64,000 nt of DNA from the NCBI GenBank assembly GCA_041160955.1, contig JBEAVK010000445.1:3182-67181 (forward strand), given 5' to 3'. Below, in pieces: positions 36,777 through 47,616 of this stretch (position 1 is its first letter; each line of letters starts with the position of its first letter). The translations under genes and the position numbers were made by a program. The notes beneath the pieces were generated by a model. The model worked only from the letters and a program-made list of their open reading frames with translations. It did not search any database and had not been told where the DNA came from. Source of the DNA: Bacteroidota bacterium. Lineage in GTDB: Bacteria > Bacteroidota > Bacteroidia > Chitinophagales > Saprospiraceae.

Positions 36777-39707
36777 TTAAAAAGCCACGTCGAGTCCCAA
36801 AAGCATTGTTTTGGCCATTGGATAATTCAAATAGTCAATACCTGCTCTAAATGGGCTGTCGTTGGGAAACTCTGGGGTGTATCCCGAATACGCTTGTTTG
36901 GTCCAAAGATTGGTGCCACTGGCGTAAAAACGTGCTTTGCTTACACCTATGCTGCGTAGCCATTGCTTAGGCAATGTATAACCCAGGGCAACACTACGGA
37001 GGCGCATAAAGGAGCCATCTTCGATCAAAAAATTGGACATACGGTAATTGTGTCCGCCATTGGTGACCCGTGGTACGGTATTGCTGCTGCCTTCGGCTGT
37101 CCAGCGGTCGTTGTACCAAAGTGTTTCCCAATTGGGGGTATCAAAACGCGATAATGTCTTGGCATTCACCACTTTATTGCCGCTTACGCCAAAGAAATCG
37201 GCGGAAAGATCAAAACCGAAAATATCCAAACCAGCAGAAAAGCCATACGTTAAAGTAGGGATTGGGCTGCCGAGGGCGGTACGGTCGTTGGCATCTAGTT
37301 TGCCATCGCCATTGAGATCAGCAAAACGGAAATCACCCGGTTTTTCGTTGCCAAATTTTGGCAGTGTTGAAAGTTCTTCCTGATTTTGGAAAACACCAGC
37401 CACCTGATAACCATAAAATGCACCAATCGGTTGGCCAACAACTGTCCTTGTGGCAAAATCGCCTTGTCCGGTATTGGCCTCAAAAATAGCGGATTTACCT
37501 TGGTTGAGTTGGAGTACTTTGTTTTTGACAGGGGAGAAAATTGCCCCCAAGTTATAACCTACTTTACCCCTAGTCTCGCGCCATTGGAGGGTGAAATCCC
37601 AACCTGTATTTTCAACCTGAGCAGCATTAACAAATGGGTTACTACCCGATCCTACATAATCAGGAATGGGTAAATCACTCAAAATATCATAAGTAAAACG
37701 GCGGTACCAATCTATTTCTGTGGTAAAACGACCTTGAAAAAGGGCAAATTCTACACCAATATCGGTTTGTTCGGTGGTTTCCCAACGCACATCGGCATTG
37801 GCATAATTGACGAGGGTGGCACCGGTTTGAATGGTATCGTTGAATACGGCATACAATTCGTCGCTAATAATACCCAAAGACGGATAATCTTGTATTTTAT
37901 CATTGCCCGTGATACCCCAAGATGCCCGTATTTTAAAGCGGTCAAATATTTTTTGTCCACGCATAAAAGGCTCTTGTGCTACATTCCAGCCTGCTGCAAC
38001 AGAAGGGAAATAGCCCCATCGGTTGTTTCGTGAAAAGCGAGACGATCCATCGGCGCGCAACGACGCGGTAAGCAAGTAGCGGTCGAAAAACGTCGCATTT
38101 ACCCGGCTGAGGTAACTCATCATGGCCCGGTCGCGTAGTATTTCGCCATTGGGCTGTAGCACTTCGTTGACGGTATTGCGCTTTTTAAAATTGTATTCTT
38201 GTGCGGATTGGCCTACGAGGGCGTTTAACCGGACTTTATCCCAAGTTTTATCATAAGTGAGGGTGTTTTCCCAGAGCCAAGTGCGTTCGTTGGTGGTATC
38301 GCGGGTGGTGCGCTCCAAGTTATTGAGTTGCGAGGAGGAAACTTCAAAAATGGGCTCAAAATAATGGAAACGTTCGCCCCTGCGATCAAAACCATAATTG
38401 GTGCGGAAGGTAAAATTTTTGAAAATTTTCCAGTCGGCATATATCGTACCTACCCAACGGTTAACGCGGGTGCGTTGGTCGTTTTTGTAAAATAGATCGG
38501 CAGCGGGATTGCCGATGGATTGCCCAAAAAAAGTAGGGTCGGTAAAATCGCCGGTACTATCGCGGGGCGCAAACACAGGGGGCATACGGTAAGCAGAACC
38601 TAGAATATTGCCGCCTACACTTTTTCTCATTTCATTAGCATAAGCGATATTGGAACCTAATTTTAGGTTTTTTAAGATAGCGTATTCGCCGTTAAAACGT
38701 CCGGTATAGCGCGTGAAACCCGTTTTATCCAAAATACCTTGTTGGTTAAAATAATTGCCAGAAAGGTTATAGTTGAGTTTTTTCCAAATACCGCTCATCC
38801 CCAATTGTGTATTGGCAATCGGTGCGGTACGGAAAATTTCATCTTGCCAATCGGTGTTTGGTAGGGTAGCGGGATTGGGGAAATAATTAGTGCCTTTCAG
38901 TTCGTTGTACATCTCCCCAAATTGGGCGGCATTGGCCAGTGGTAGTTTTTTGGCTATTTCTTGTGTGCCGTAATAAGAATTGATCGTAAAAACGGCTTTT
39001 TTACCTGCTTTTCCGCGTTTTGTGGTGATAATGATGACACCATTGGCACCGCGATTACCATAGATCGCCGTTGCGGAAGCATCTTTAAGTACTTCAATAC
39101 TGGCCACATCTTGTGGGTTGACAAAAGAAGCATCGTCGAGGAGCATACCATCTACGACATACAGTGGGGCTGCATTATTGAGTGTGCCCGTTCCGCGAAT
39201 TCGGATGGTGGCACCGCGACCTGGTTCGCCGCTGGCAGGTGATACATATACACCCGCTATTTTTCCTTGCAATGCCTGCTCTACCGATGCCACTGGAATA
39301 CGTTCAATATCCTTGGCTTTTACAGTGCCCACAGCACCTGTGAGGTCGCTTTTGCGTTGTACGCCATAACCTACTACCACTACTTCGTTGATGAGGTTAT
39401 TGGCTTCTGCGAGGGAAATGTCCACTTGGGTACGGCCATTGAGTGGGACTAACAATTCGGTATAACCCGTATAATTGACTTGCAAAATGGCGTTCAGGTC
39501 TTTGACGCTAAGGGTAAAATTGCCGTTTATATCGGTTGTTGTACCATTATTTGTACCGCTTTCCACGACATTTGCGCCTACGACGGTTTCGCCGAGCAGG
39601 GCATCCTTGACGGTTCCTGTCACGCGCGTTTGTGCTGTGGCGGCTGTCCATATACATAGGATGAGCGCGAGCGATAAAATTTGTTTAATTGTAAATATTT
39701 GCTTCAT
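36777..39707 (-). CDS. susC: SusC/RagA-family TonB-dependent transporter
   Basis: CarboxypepD_reg-like N-terminus (RVTGTVKDALLGETVVGANVVESGTNNGTTTDINGNFTLSV). Plug region (VVVGYGVQRKSDLTGAV...LQGKIAGV). Roughly 975 aa, ending in F. I use ATG 39707; the track start at 39713 is TTG. Confidence 0.9.
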   Translation of the reverse strand: MKQIFTIKQILSLALILCIWTAATAQTRVTGTVKDALLGETVVGANVVESGTNNGTTTDINGNFTLSVKDLNAILQVNYTGYTELLVPLNGRTQVDISLAEANNLINEVVVVGYGVQRKSDLTGAVGTVKAKDIERIPVASVEQALQGKIAGVYVSPASGEPGRGATIRIRGTGTLNNAAPLYVVDGMLLDDASFVNPQDVASIEVLKDASATAIYGNRGANGVIIITTKRGKAGKKAVFTINSYYGTQEIAKKLPLANAAQFGEMYNELKGTNYFPNPATLPNTDWQDEIFRTAPIANTQLGMSGIWKKLNYNLSGNYFNQQGILDKTGFTRYTGRFNGEYAILKNLKLGSNIAYANEMRKSVGGNILGSAYRMPPVFAPRDSTGDFTDPTFFGQSIGNPAADLFYKNDQRTRVNRWVGTIYADWKIFKNFTFRTNYGFDRRGERFHYFEPIFEVSSSQLNNLERTTRDTTNERTWLWENTLTYDKTWDKVRLNALVGQSAQEYNFKKRNTVNEVLQPNGEILRDRAMMSYLSRVNATFFDRYLLTASLRADGSSRFSRNNRWGYFPSVAAGWNVAQEPFMRGQKIFDRFKIRASWGITGNDKIQDYPSLGIISDELYAVFNDTIQTGATLVNYANADVRWETTEQTDIGVEFALFQGRFTTEIDWYRRFTYDILSDLPIPDYVGSGSNPFVNAAQVENTGWDFTLQWRETRGKVGYNLGAIFSPVKNKVLQLNQGKSAIFEANTGQGDFATRTVVGQPIGAFYGYQVAGVFQNQEELSTLPKFGNEKPGDFRFADLNGDGKLDANDRTALGSPIPTLTYGFSAGLDIFGFDLSADFFGVSGNKVVNAKTLSRFDTPNWETLWYNDRWTAEGSSNTVPRVTNGGHNYRMSNFLIEDGSFMRLRSVALGYTLPKQWLRSIGVSKARFYASGTNLWTKQAYSGYTPEFPNDSPFRAGIDYLNYPMAKTMLLGLDVAF

Positions 39708-39751
39708 AATCAATTGTTTGTGCTTTAATTAATAAGGCGGCTGGATCATCA

Positions 39752-41968
39752 CTACCGATTAATATAAGTCTTTACTTTTTTCAGATTTTCAGAATCGCCG
39801 CCTACCATGATTTCGTAGTCGCCTTTCTCCGTGCCAAAAGTCATATTTTTTTTGTAAAAACTGAAATCTTTTTTGCCGAGTGTGAAGGTAAGGGTTTTGG
39901 TCTCGCCCGGTTGGAGCATTATTTTTTGAAATCCTTTGAGTTCTTTTACTGGACGGGTAACGGAACCTACTAGGTCTCTGACATATAATTGCGCCACTTC
40001 TTCGCCGGCTACTTTGCCGGTATTGGTTACATTTACCTTGACTTGCAAATAGATGTTGCCACTTTTGGCGTTCATAATTTCGGGTTCGCTGTACTGGAAT
40101 GTGGTATAACTAAGGCCAAAACCAAATGGCCACTGGGGGGTATTGGGCAGGTCAATATAGCGGCTTGTCCATTTAGAATTAGGATCGTAAGGGCGACCGG
40201 TGCTTTTGTGGTTGTAATAAATGGGTACTTGCCCAACCGACCGAGGGAAGGTCATCGGCAATTTTCCAGAAGGATTATACGCCCCAAAAATAACATCAGC
40301 GATGGCGTTGCCTGCTTCGGTGCCTAGCCACCACGTTTCCAAAATAGCCGTTGCATTGTCGGCGATGGCGGGTATGGCGATTGGCCTGCCGTTCATCAGT
40401 ACGACGATAACGGGTTTGCCCAATTTGCACAATTCCAAAACGAGTTCTTCTTGTCGTCCGGGGAGAGTTATATCCGTCCGTGAGGTTGCTTCGCCACTCA
40501 TCGCTGCTTTTTCTCCAACCGCGACAATGACAACATCAGCGGCTTGGGCGGCACGAATGGCTTCAGAAAAGTCTTTTTTATCGGTATCTTCTATACTGCA
40601 ACCGACGACGAAATTGATATTATCGGCTTGTACTTTTGCCAATCCCTCGCGGAGGCTGACGCAATCGTTGGCATTTCCTGCGCCATTCCAATTGCCGATA
40701 AGTTCGCTTTTATTGTCGGCCAATGGGCCGATGAGTGCAATTTTTTGTCCTTTTTTTAAAGGCAATGCTTGGTTGTCGTTTTTTAATAAAACGATTGATT
40801 TACGTGCAATATCACGTGCTGCGGCCCTGTTTTCAGCGCTGAGCAAGGTGGTTTTTTCGCGTTCGGCGTTACAAAATTTGTAAGGATCATCAAAAAGACC
40901 TAGATCGTATTTCAAACGCAATATGCGTTTAACCGCTTCATCTATTTGCTGTTTTTTAATACGGCCTTCTTCCACCGATTTTTTTAAAAAACGTTGATAT
41001 ACAGCACCTTGCATATCCATATCGACACCAGCATTCAAGGCCAATTCGCCTGCTGCTGCTTCATTGGCGACTACGCCATGGTACACCATTTCGTTGATTC
41101 CGGTATAATCGGTCACCACAAATCCTTTGAAAAACCATTCTTTGCGCAAGATCTGATCTATCAGGAATTTATTACCTGTGGCGGGTACACCATCGTAATC
41201 ATTGAAAGAAGTCATTACGGTTGCTGCCCCGGCCTCTACAGCGGCTTTATATGGCGGCAAGTAATACTCGCGGAGAAAACGCTCGCTCATGTCCACCGTA
41301 TTATAATCTCTGCCAGCAACGGGTGCACCATAAGCGGCATAGTGTTTTACACAGGCGAGCATGGCATCAGTGTCGCCTAGTTTTTTGCCTTGGGTACCGT
41401 GTACCCTTGCTTCGGCGATACGGCAGCCTAGATAAGTATCTTCGCCACCACCTTCCATGACACGCCCCCAGCGAGGGTCGCGGGAAATATCCACCATAGG
41501 CGCAAACGTCCAGTTCAATCCGGCTGCACTCGCCTCTGCTGCTGCAATACGTGACGATTTTTCGATGGCTTGCAGATCCCAACTGGCGGACTCGCCTAAC
41601 GGAATGGGGAAAATAGTTTTGTACCCATGTATTACATCAAAACCAAAAAGCAAAGGGATTTTCAGGCGCGTTTCTTCCATCGCAATACGTTGCAGATCGC
41701 GTACAAATTCGACGGTATGGCTATTGAACAGATTGCCACAGGCACCGCTTCTGATATCGTTTTTGTAGCCTTCACGGATGGTAGGGCCGGTAGAACCCCA
41801 ATCGGTGGTGTAGAGGGTGAGTTGCCCTATTTTTTCGTCAAGGGTCATTTTGGCGAGCAATGCACTCACTTTTTGCTCGTTTTGGGGCGAGGGGCGGTAG
41901 TTTTGGGCAGATAACTGGTGGGTTATCCATAAAGAGAGGGCTATTAAAAAACGGAATTTGAACGACAT
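39752..41968 (-). CDS. bglX: glycoside hydrolase family 3 beta-glucosidase (BglX-like)
   Basis: Periplasmic signal. GH3 blocks KIGQL, RDPRWGR, KHYAAYG and the nucleophile region GFVVTDYTGI. C-terminal Fn3-like domain. 738 aa. Confidence 0.9.
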   Translation of the reverse strand: MSFKFRFLIALSLWITHQLSAQNYRPSPQNEQKVSALLAKMTLDEKIGQLTLYTTDWGSTGPTIREGYKNDIRSGACGNLFNSHTVEFVRDLQRIAMEETRLKIPLLFGFDVIHGYKTIFPIPLGESASWDLQAIEKSSRIAAAEASAAGLNWTFAPMVDISRDPRWGRVMEGGGEDTYLGCRIAEARVHGTQGKKLGDTDAMLACVKHYAAYGAPVAGRDYNTVDMSERFLREYYLPPYKAAVEAGAATVMTSFNDYDGVPATGNKFLIDQILRKEWFFKGFVVTDYTGINEMVYHGVVANEAAAGELALNAGVDMDMQGAVYQRFLKKSVEEGRIKKQQIDEAVKRILRLKYDLGLFDDPYKFCNAEREKTTLLSAENRAAARDIARKSIVLLKNDNQALPLKKGQKIALIGPLADNKSELIGNWNGAGNANDCVSLREGLAKVQADNINFVVGCSIEDTDKKDFSEAIRAAQAADVVIVAVGEKAAMSGEATSRTDITLPGRQEELVLELCKLGKPVIVVLMNGRPIAIPAIADNATAILETWWLGTEAGNAIADVIFGAYNPSGKLPMTFPRSVGQVPIYYNHKSTGRPYDPNSKWTSRYIDLPNTPQWPFGFGLSYTTFQYSEPEIMNAKSGNIYLQVKVNVTNTGKVAGEEVAQLYVRDLVGSVTRPVKELKGFQKIMLQPGETKTLTFTLGKKDFSFYKKNMTFGTEKGDYEIMVGGDSENLKKVKTYINR

Positions 41969-42391
41969 TTTCTATGTGCTGATGGTTAAAATTTAGATAG
42001 ATATTTAGTGGTGGGAATACCGGGCTGGACTTTGTAAATACTTGAAAATCAATGGTTAATTAAGTGTTGGCGTGACCTTGAGGGCATGGCTGTCAACTTA
42101 GGCGAATGCTGACCCTGATAGGGGGCAAACATGAATAAGCAAAGAGGGTGTTTAACAATCCTGGAAGGGTTGAACGAAACGAATGTTTTAATGTAATATA
42201 TGGTATGCGTTATTCATTGAAAATTGATCCTTGAACGTTGAAAATCGAATATCTATTTCCATATTCTAATGCCTAAACATTATTGTCATTTCATAAAATA
42301 TCCAATCTCCAACGCTCAATTTTCAATTAGGGATAATCCCCCAAAAACACTATTTTGGTGTTATACACACCTTCTATTCACCATTCTTCAA

Positions 42392-45300
42392 CTATTGTTT
42401 CATAAATTTGGCATTACCTACCAACTGTCCTTGCGCGTTATACGCTGCAACAAGGTACATACCCGCAGGCATACGCACGACATCAATATCTGTACGGATT
42501 TCGTTAGTGATATACAGCGAAGAGACGCGTTGCCCCAATGCATTATACACTTCCATACGGCTCACACCTGCTACATTTTCTACCCAAATTTTGTCCGTTG
42601 TTGGGTTTGGAAAGATACGCATGGTTGCAATGGCAGGTGTAAACACGCTGCTCTCACCGCATGCACCTGCACCGATCACAATATCATCGAAATAAGAAGT
42701 AACATCGGTGCCAGTAGCATCAATACCTAGATCGAAGAACAATGTGAGGCGTTGGTATTCGCCGTTATCTGGTGCTGCAGCGAAATCGAAGGTAAGTTCC
42801 TCCCATTCATTGATCTTTGTATTGGGTACTTTGAGTTCGATTGGAGGTGCGCCTGTAGCAGAACCTTCCACTTTTAGTGCAAAATTACCAATATGATCCA
42901 TGTGTACTTTCGCTTTCATTTGTTTCAAACCGTCCCAATCAATTGGTGCTTCCAAATTTGGATTGCTATACATACCCGCAAATGGGAGCGCATCACCGGC
43001 CTTCACAAACTTACCTACTTTAGCAGAGGTATTGATACCAGAAGGGTTTGGATTATTAATGATTTCGAATCCGTAAGTGGCCTCAAGGGAACCATTGGCG
43101 AAATAAGTCCATTTTTCTAATAAACCAGGTGTTTGGTTATCCACTACACAACCGTTATAACCTGCACGTTGCCATTTTACATTGTCGATATAATAAGTAC
43201 CGCCGCCTACTGCACTGGCCACATTGATAAACATCACCAATTTGGTATTGCCTTTGCCCACTGCTTCACTGAAATCAATATCAAACTTGTACCAAGTATT
43301 TGCCGTTTTTAACGTATCAAAAATTTCTACTACTGTGCCGCCTTCTAATTTGAATAAAATAGGAATGTTGGCAGTAGGTGCATAGACTTGAAGCACTAAA
43401 TGGTTGTACAGAGTGAGGTCAATAGGGGCAGGAAACTCAATACCGATACCTGCATATTCGGTACCAGCACCAGCGGGATCTTTGTATTCGCCCACTTTAA
43501 GAGAACCATTATCGGGGGTGAGGTAAGGATTGTTCACCACTTTCAAATCAGAAGCGCCGTAAAAAATAGAGGTATAATTGCGTTGGCACTCATAATCGTC
43601 GATAATATTAGGTATTGCAACTACTCCAGCACATGGATCGATGGTCAAAGCCGTTTGACGAAGGTTATCTAAACACCAAGATTGGCCATTGGCGGCTACA
43701 CCTGGGTTAAACAAAATGCGTATTTCAGCAAAATCGGTCACTGCAGAGAACGCAGAAAAATCGAAACTCAATGTTTCCCATGCTCCCGGAGTGGTTATGG
43801 TGGCATCTGCTTCTTTATTCCCTTGTGTAGGAGACGAAAGTTGCAAACGAACAGATCCGCCGCTGGCTGGGCTTAACACATCGAGGTTGAATTGGCCAAA
43901 AACAGATAAATCTAAATTGGTTAAAGAAATGGCCTGTAAGGTTGAAAATGCAGAGACACCTTTTGTATAACAACCCACTTGAGTGGAATTGTTAACGTTA
44001 TTCGGATTTGGATTAGGTGTTGGGCCAGTGAATACACCATGCAATGTTTCATTTTGATCCAATGCCTGCCAACCTAGACTGATACCATTTTGGAAGTTTT
44101 CGAGCGGTGGTGCTGAGGTAGGTGGCGAGAGTTTGATATTGTCGATATAATATACTTCGCCCGGTTCGCCGTTCACACCAGCATTAAAGAAAACGACCAA
44201 TTTGCGGTGGCCTTCGCCTTGTTCTGTACTGAAATCGGCGGTATAGGTGACCCATTTATTGATTTCTGTTACTTGAATAGGGAATTCTTTATTAGAAAGA
44301 CCTCCCTCGATTTTCAATAACAATGTACCTGTTTTTGGCGCCCATACTTGCAAAGAGAACTGGTTATTCACCGTTAAATCAATAGGGTTTTGGAAATCGA
44401 TCACCAATGCGCCAAATTCTGTGAATTGACCAGCGAAATCGTTGAATTTACCCACTTTTGGACTGTTGTTGTCGCCATTGATAACGGGGTTGTTCACCAC
44501 GCTTAGGCTATCCCAACCACCGCCATAAGTTGCAGTACGGTTACATTCAAAATCATCCAAAAATACTGGATTAGAAGTAACACCTACGCACGAACTCGGC
44601 ACAGCACATACATTATCGAAATAATAAGTGTCACCGCTGGTTTCTACACCGGGATCAAAAAATATGACGATTTTACTCAGTCCGGTATTGGCTGCCTGTG
44701 CACTAAAATCAAAGGTATATTCCTGCCATGCACCAGTAACAGCAATATTGGCTGTTTTTTCAAAACCACCGCCAGTACCTTCTAATTTGAAGATAAATTG
44801 AGTAGGTGCTGTGGCATATACCTGAATTTTGAATTTATTGTACAAAGACATGTCAAAAGGCGTACCATTATCCGCCAAAATAAGGCTATAGGCGTGCATC
44901 GTAGATTTAACGTATTTCGCACAATTGGCACTGCTGTTGATCTGATTTGCACCCGGATTGGCCTCCGGAGCCGTCAATACACCATCCAAACCTAGGAAAA
45001 CTAGACCTGGTGTTTCAAAATCGGCATAACAACGCTCTGCTTTTTCGGCTACAATATCGTCGAAGTAATAGGTTTTGTCATCGCCAAGTACAAATGAGTT
45101 GAACGATACCAAAATGGTTTTAAGATTGGTAAAACTTGCACCAGCGGAAAGATCGAACGTATATTCGACCCATTGGTTGGCTACAGTAATATCCAATATT
45201 TTTTCTACTGGAGCACCACCGGGGCCTTCCAATTTGAGCAGTGCCTTACATGGTGCTGTGGGCGACCAAATTTTCATTTTGAACTGGTTATTTACGCTAA

Positions 45301-45553
45301 TATCCAAGGTGTTTGGAAAAGTATAAAGCGCAAAATTGAAGTCAAACCCAGGGCTATTGGTGTAAGAACCTACCCAATCACTGGTGTTAGCCCCTGATTT
45401 ATCAGGGTTTGCAATGACTCCGTTATAGGTGCCATTTATGCCGTTCCAGGCCAAATCGGAGGTGCCACCTTCAAAATCTTCATATACAACTTGGGCATTT
45501 GCGCCAAATCCGAATAGAAGGGTGAGCAGAATAATTAGTGATGATTTTTTCAT
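42392..45553 (-). CDS. T9SS-secreted protein with six tandem carbohydrate-binding-module-like domains
   Basis: Six modules of ~165 aa. Each ends in a Y(Y/C)(F/I/L)D(D/N)(I/V/L)-type strand: TYYFDDIV, TYYFDNVC, VYYIDNIK, SWCLDNLR, TYYIDNVK, TSYFDDIV. Each also carries an NP...N.S..VG motif. The C-terminus is a T9SS CTD (RIFPNPTTDKIWVE...AGMYLVAAY). ATG 45553 is preferred over the TTG at 45559. Confidence 0.7.
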   Translation of the reverse strand: MKKSSLIILLTLLFGFGANAQVVYEDFEGGTSDLAWNGINGTYNGVIANPDKSGANTSDWVGSYTNSPGFDFNFALYTFPNTLDISVNNQFKMKIWSPTAPCKALLKLEGPGGAPVEKILDITVANQWVEYTFDLSAGASFTNLKTILVSFNSFVLGDDKTYYFDDIVAEKAERCYADFETPGLVFLGLDGVLTAPEANPGANQINSSANCAKYVKSTMHAYSLILADNGTPFDMSLYNKFKIQVYATAPTQFIFKLEGTGGGFEKTANIAVTGAWQEYTFDFSAQAANTGLSKIVIFFDPGVETSGDTYYFDNVCAVPSSCVGVTSNPVFLDDFECNRTATYGGGWDSLSVVNNPVINGDNNSPKVGKFNDFAGQFTEFGALVIDFQNPIDLTVNNQFSLQVWAPKTGTLLLKIEGGLSNKEFPIQVTEINKWVTYTADFSTEQGEGHRKLVVFFNAGVNGEPGEVYYIDNIKLSPPTSAPPLENFQNGISLGWQALDQNETLHGVFTGPTPNPNPNNVNNSTQVGCYTKGVSAFSTLQAISLTNLDLSVFGQFNLDVLSPASGGSVRLQLSSPTQGNKEADATITTPGAWETLSFDFSAFSAVTDFAEIRILFNPGVAANGQSWCLDNLRQTALTIDPCAGVVAIPNIIDDYECQRNYTSIFYGASDLKVVNNPYLTPDNGSLKVGEYKDPAGAGTEYAGIGIEFPAPIDLTLYNHLVLQVYAPTANIPILFKLEGGTVVEIFDTLKTANTWYKFDIDFSEAVGKGNTKLVMFINVASAVGGGTYYIDNVKWQRAGYNGCVVDNQTPGLLEKWTYFANGSLEATYGFEIINNPNPSGINTSAKVGKFVKAGDALPFAGMYSNPNLEAPIDWDGLKQMKAKVHMDHIGNFALKVEGSATGAPPIELKVPNTKINEWEELTFDFAAAPDNGEYQRLTLFFDLGIDATGTDVTSYFDDIVIGAGACGESSVFTPAIATMRIFPNPTTDKIWVENVAGVSRMEVYNALGQRVSSLYITNEIRTDIDVVRMPAGMYLVAAYNAQGQLVGNAKFMKQ

Positions 45554-45607
45554 AAACAAATTTGTTTGTTAGTAGTGAGCAATAATTGGTTAGTAGTCTT
45601 TAAAGTA

Positions 45608-47476
45608 TTAGTCATTGATTATCAATATTTTTTTAGACCATTTTTCAAAGGTCTGCCCGTTTATTTCCAAAAAATAGACACCCTTTGGCACATTATTTAA
45701 AGGGAACGATAAAGTATGAACACCAATAGGCATCGCTTTGTTTTGAGCCAATACCTGTACCAATTGTCCTTTTTCGTCCAATAGTGTTAGTGAAATATTT
45801 TGTGCTTTTAGTATGGACAATTCCATGTTCAATGCGCCGTTGGAAGCAACTGGATTTGGATAAACAGCGAGGTCAAAGCCATTTTTTTCAAGTACGCCTT
45901 CATGCGCGTTTACAGTATTATCAGTTTGAAAACCGAGTGCGGTTAAGGCTGGCTGAATCTCGGGGTTGAGCATAAATTTTTTCCATAAAAGCCCTGTGCG
46001 ATAGTTTTCGATCATCACCACAATAGGGCCTTGGTCGATGGCGAGATACGAAGTGGCAAACCAATTTTGGTTTAAATTATAAGCATCGTAAAAACCGTAT
46101 TCGCCCCATAATTTTTCCCCTAAAACCCGATAAAAATGGCGCATAGCCGCTATACTTTGGTCAGGTGTATATGGCATAGAAGCCAATGCAGCAGTGGGCG
46201 CAATGGTACCTTTGTCGTTGCTTGGAAAAATATCGTGTGCGCTGTATCCGTTAGGGCCGTCGCAGGCAGTCAAGCCCCATGCTTCGCCGGAATAACCGGG
46301 GTAGTTTTTGGGATTGGCTACGCTGTACGCATGCTGAATGAGCGCGTGGTTGCGATTGCGGATAAAATAATTGCAAAAAGCGTCTTTTACCGGGCGTGGA
46401 TCAAAACCCAAATACGAATAATGCGCAAAAAACATAGGCCCACCGCCAAATGGCCCACAATACACTTTATGCCCAAAATGTATGCTGTTATTGGCGTAAT
46501 TGCTTGCAGTCCAACCCGTTTGATACAAAGAACCGGGTACGCCATGAGTGGGTGAAGCAGCCGCAAGTAAATATACAATTTGCGTTTCGTTAAAGCCGCG
46601 CAATGGGAAATTCATTTCCCAATTATAGTTCGGCGACCAATGCCAGTAGAGTACATTGCTGTTGTTTTTGCGGAACCAATCCCATTCTACATCTTCCCAA
46701 ATACCCTTAATTACATCGCGCAAAGCATTTTCTAAGGCTGTATTTTGGTCAAAATATTGACGTGCGGTGAGTAATCCTTGAATGAGGAAAGCCGTTTCTA
46801 CCAAATCTGCACCATCATCTTTTTGGCTAAATGCAATCGTATTGCCCGTGGTGCCATCCATCCAATGCGGAAATGCACCATGAAACCGATCGGCTACTTG
46901 AAGAAAGGAAACAATTTGAAGTAAGCGGTTTACAGCAGCAGCGCGGGTGATCCATCCCCGTTCGGAGGCGACAACAATCGACATAATACCAAACCCCGTA
47001 CCGCCGATAGTAACAGTTTGTCCGCTATTGAGGCGTTCGCGTGCCATACCGCTCACCGGGTGCGCATGTTCCCAAAAATAACGAAAAGTTTGCTCTTGTA
47101 CCATATCGAGCAAGGCTTCGTCGCTCATCACCTGTGTGTTGGCGCATACCGAGGTGGTAAATATACTTTCTTGCCCACCTTGCCCGATGCTTTGGATTTG
47201 GTAACAACGACTGAGGTTTTGGCCCTCGTCGCCCGTCCAATCTGTGAGCGATAGGGTAGAGGCGGAAACGGTTCTTAGTAATTCAAAATTGCTGCCATCG
47301 GTAGCGCGGAATATTTTGTAACTGGAAATATTGGGGGAAGTACTTGCTTGCCAAGACACTGCAATATGGCTTTCATAGCCCTTTGCTACCATATTGGAAG
47401 GAGGTAATGGCACTTGTGCCATAAGACCTACCATGGTAAATAGTAGGGAAAAAAGTATAGATAGGCGTAATGGCAT
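45608..47476 (-). CDS. glucoamylase-family (GH144-like, putative endo-beta-1,2-glucanase) enzyme with N-terminal Fn3 and T9SS CTD
   Basis: Signal peptide, then an Fn3-like segment. The core TFRYFWEHAHPVSGMARER...GGTGFGIMSIVVASERGWI...FHGAFPHWMDGTTG resembles, from memory, the Bacteroidota putative-glucoamylase/GH144 family. The C-terminal VYPNPVASNGALNMEL...KGVYFLEING is a T9SS CTD. Confidence 0.6.
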   Translation of the reverse strand: MPLRLSILFSLLFTMVGLMAQVPLPPSNMVAKGYESHIAVSWQASTSPNISSYKIFRATDGSNFELLRTVSASTLSLTDWTGDEGQNLSRCYQIQSIGQGGQESIFTTSVCANTQVMSDEALLDMVQEQTFRYFWEHAHPVSGMARERLNSGQTVTIGGTGFGIMSIVVASERGWITRAAAVNRLLQIVSFLQVADRFHGAFPHWMDGTTGNTIAFSQKDDGADLVETAFLIQGLLTARQYFDQNTALENALRDVIKGIWEDVEWDWFRKNNSNVLYWHWSPNYNWEMNFPLRGFNETQIVYLLAAASPTHGVPGSLYQTGWTASNYANNSIHFGHKVYCGPFGGGPMFFAHYSYLGFDPRPVKDAFCNYFIRNRNHALIQHAYSVANPKNYPGYSGEAWGLTACDGPNGYSAHDIFPSNDKGTIAPTAALASMPYTPDQSIAAMRHFYRVLGEKLWGEYGFYDAYNLNQNWFATSYLAIDQGPIVVMIENYRTGLLWKKFMLNPEIQPALTALGFQTDNTVNAHEGVLEKNGFDLAVYPNPVASNGALNMELSILKAQNISLTLLDEKGQLVQVLAQNKAMPIGVHTLSFPLNNVPKGVYFLEINGQTFEKWSKKILIIND

Positions 47477-47616
47477 AAGTAAGTATTGTGATAAATAAGT
47501 ATATTAAAGACAAATAAAAAATTAGGTTGTCTATTCATTTGACAAGGCAAAATTCCGTAAATATATCCATAAAAGATAAAAATGCGCCTCACTACTACTA
47601 CGCCATTCCCCAAAAA

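Noticed and set aside
40221-40883. 220-aa plus-strand ORF antisense to the GH3 gene. Similar long antisense ORFs occur at 27746-28456, 5365-5766, 22586-23035, 53897-54334 and 62941-63384.
   Set aside because: Each lies fully inside a well-supported gene on the other strand. Their composition is low-complexity and Ser/Ala/Arg-rich, typical of antisense frames, and I recognise no motifs.
42269-42730. 153-aa plus-strand ORF spanning the GH3/CBM spacer and the 3' end of the CBM gene.
   Set aside because: It overlaps the T9SS CTD-coding end of the minus-strand gene and has Cys/His-rich composition without motifs. It is a shadow ORF.
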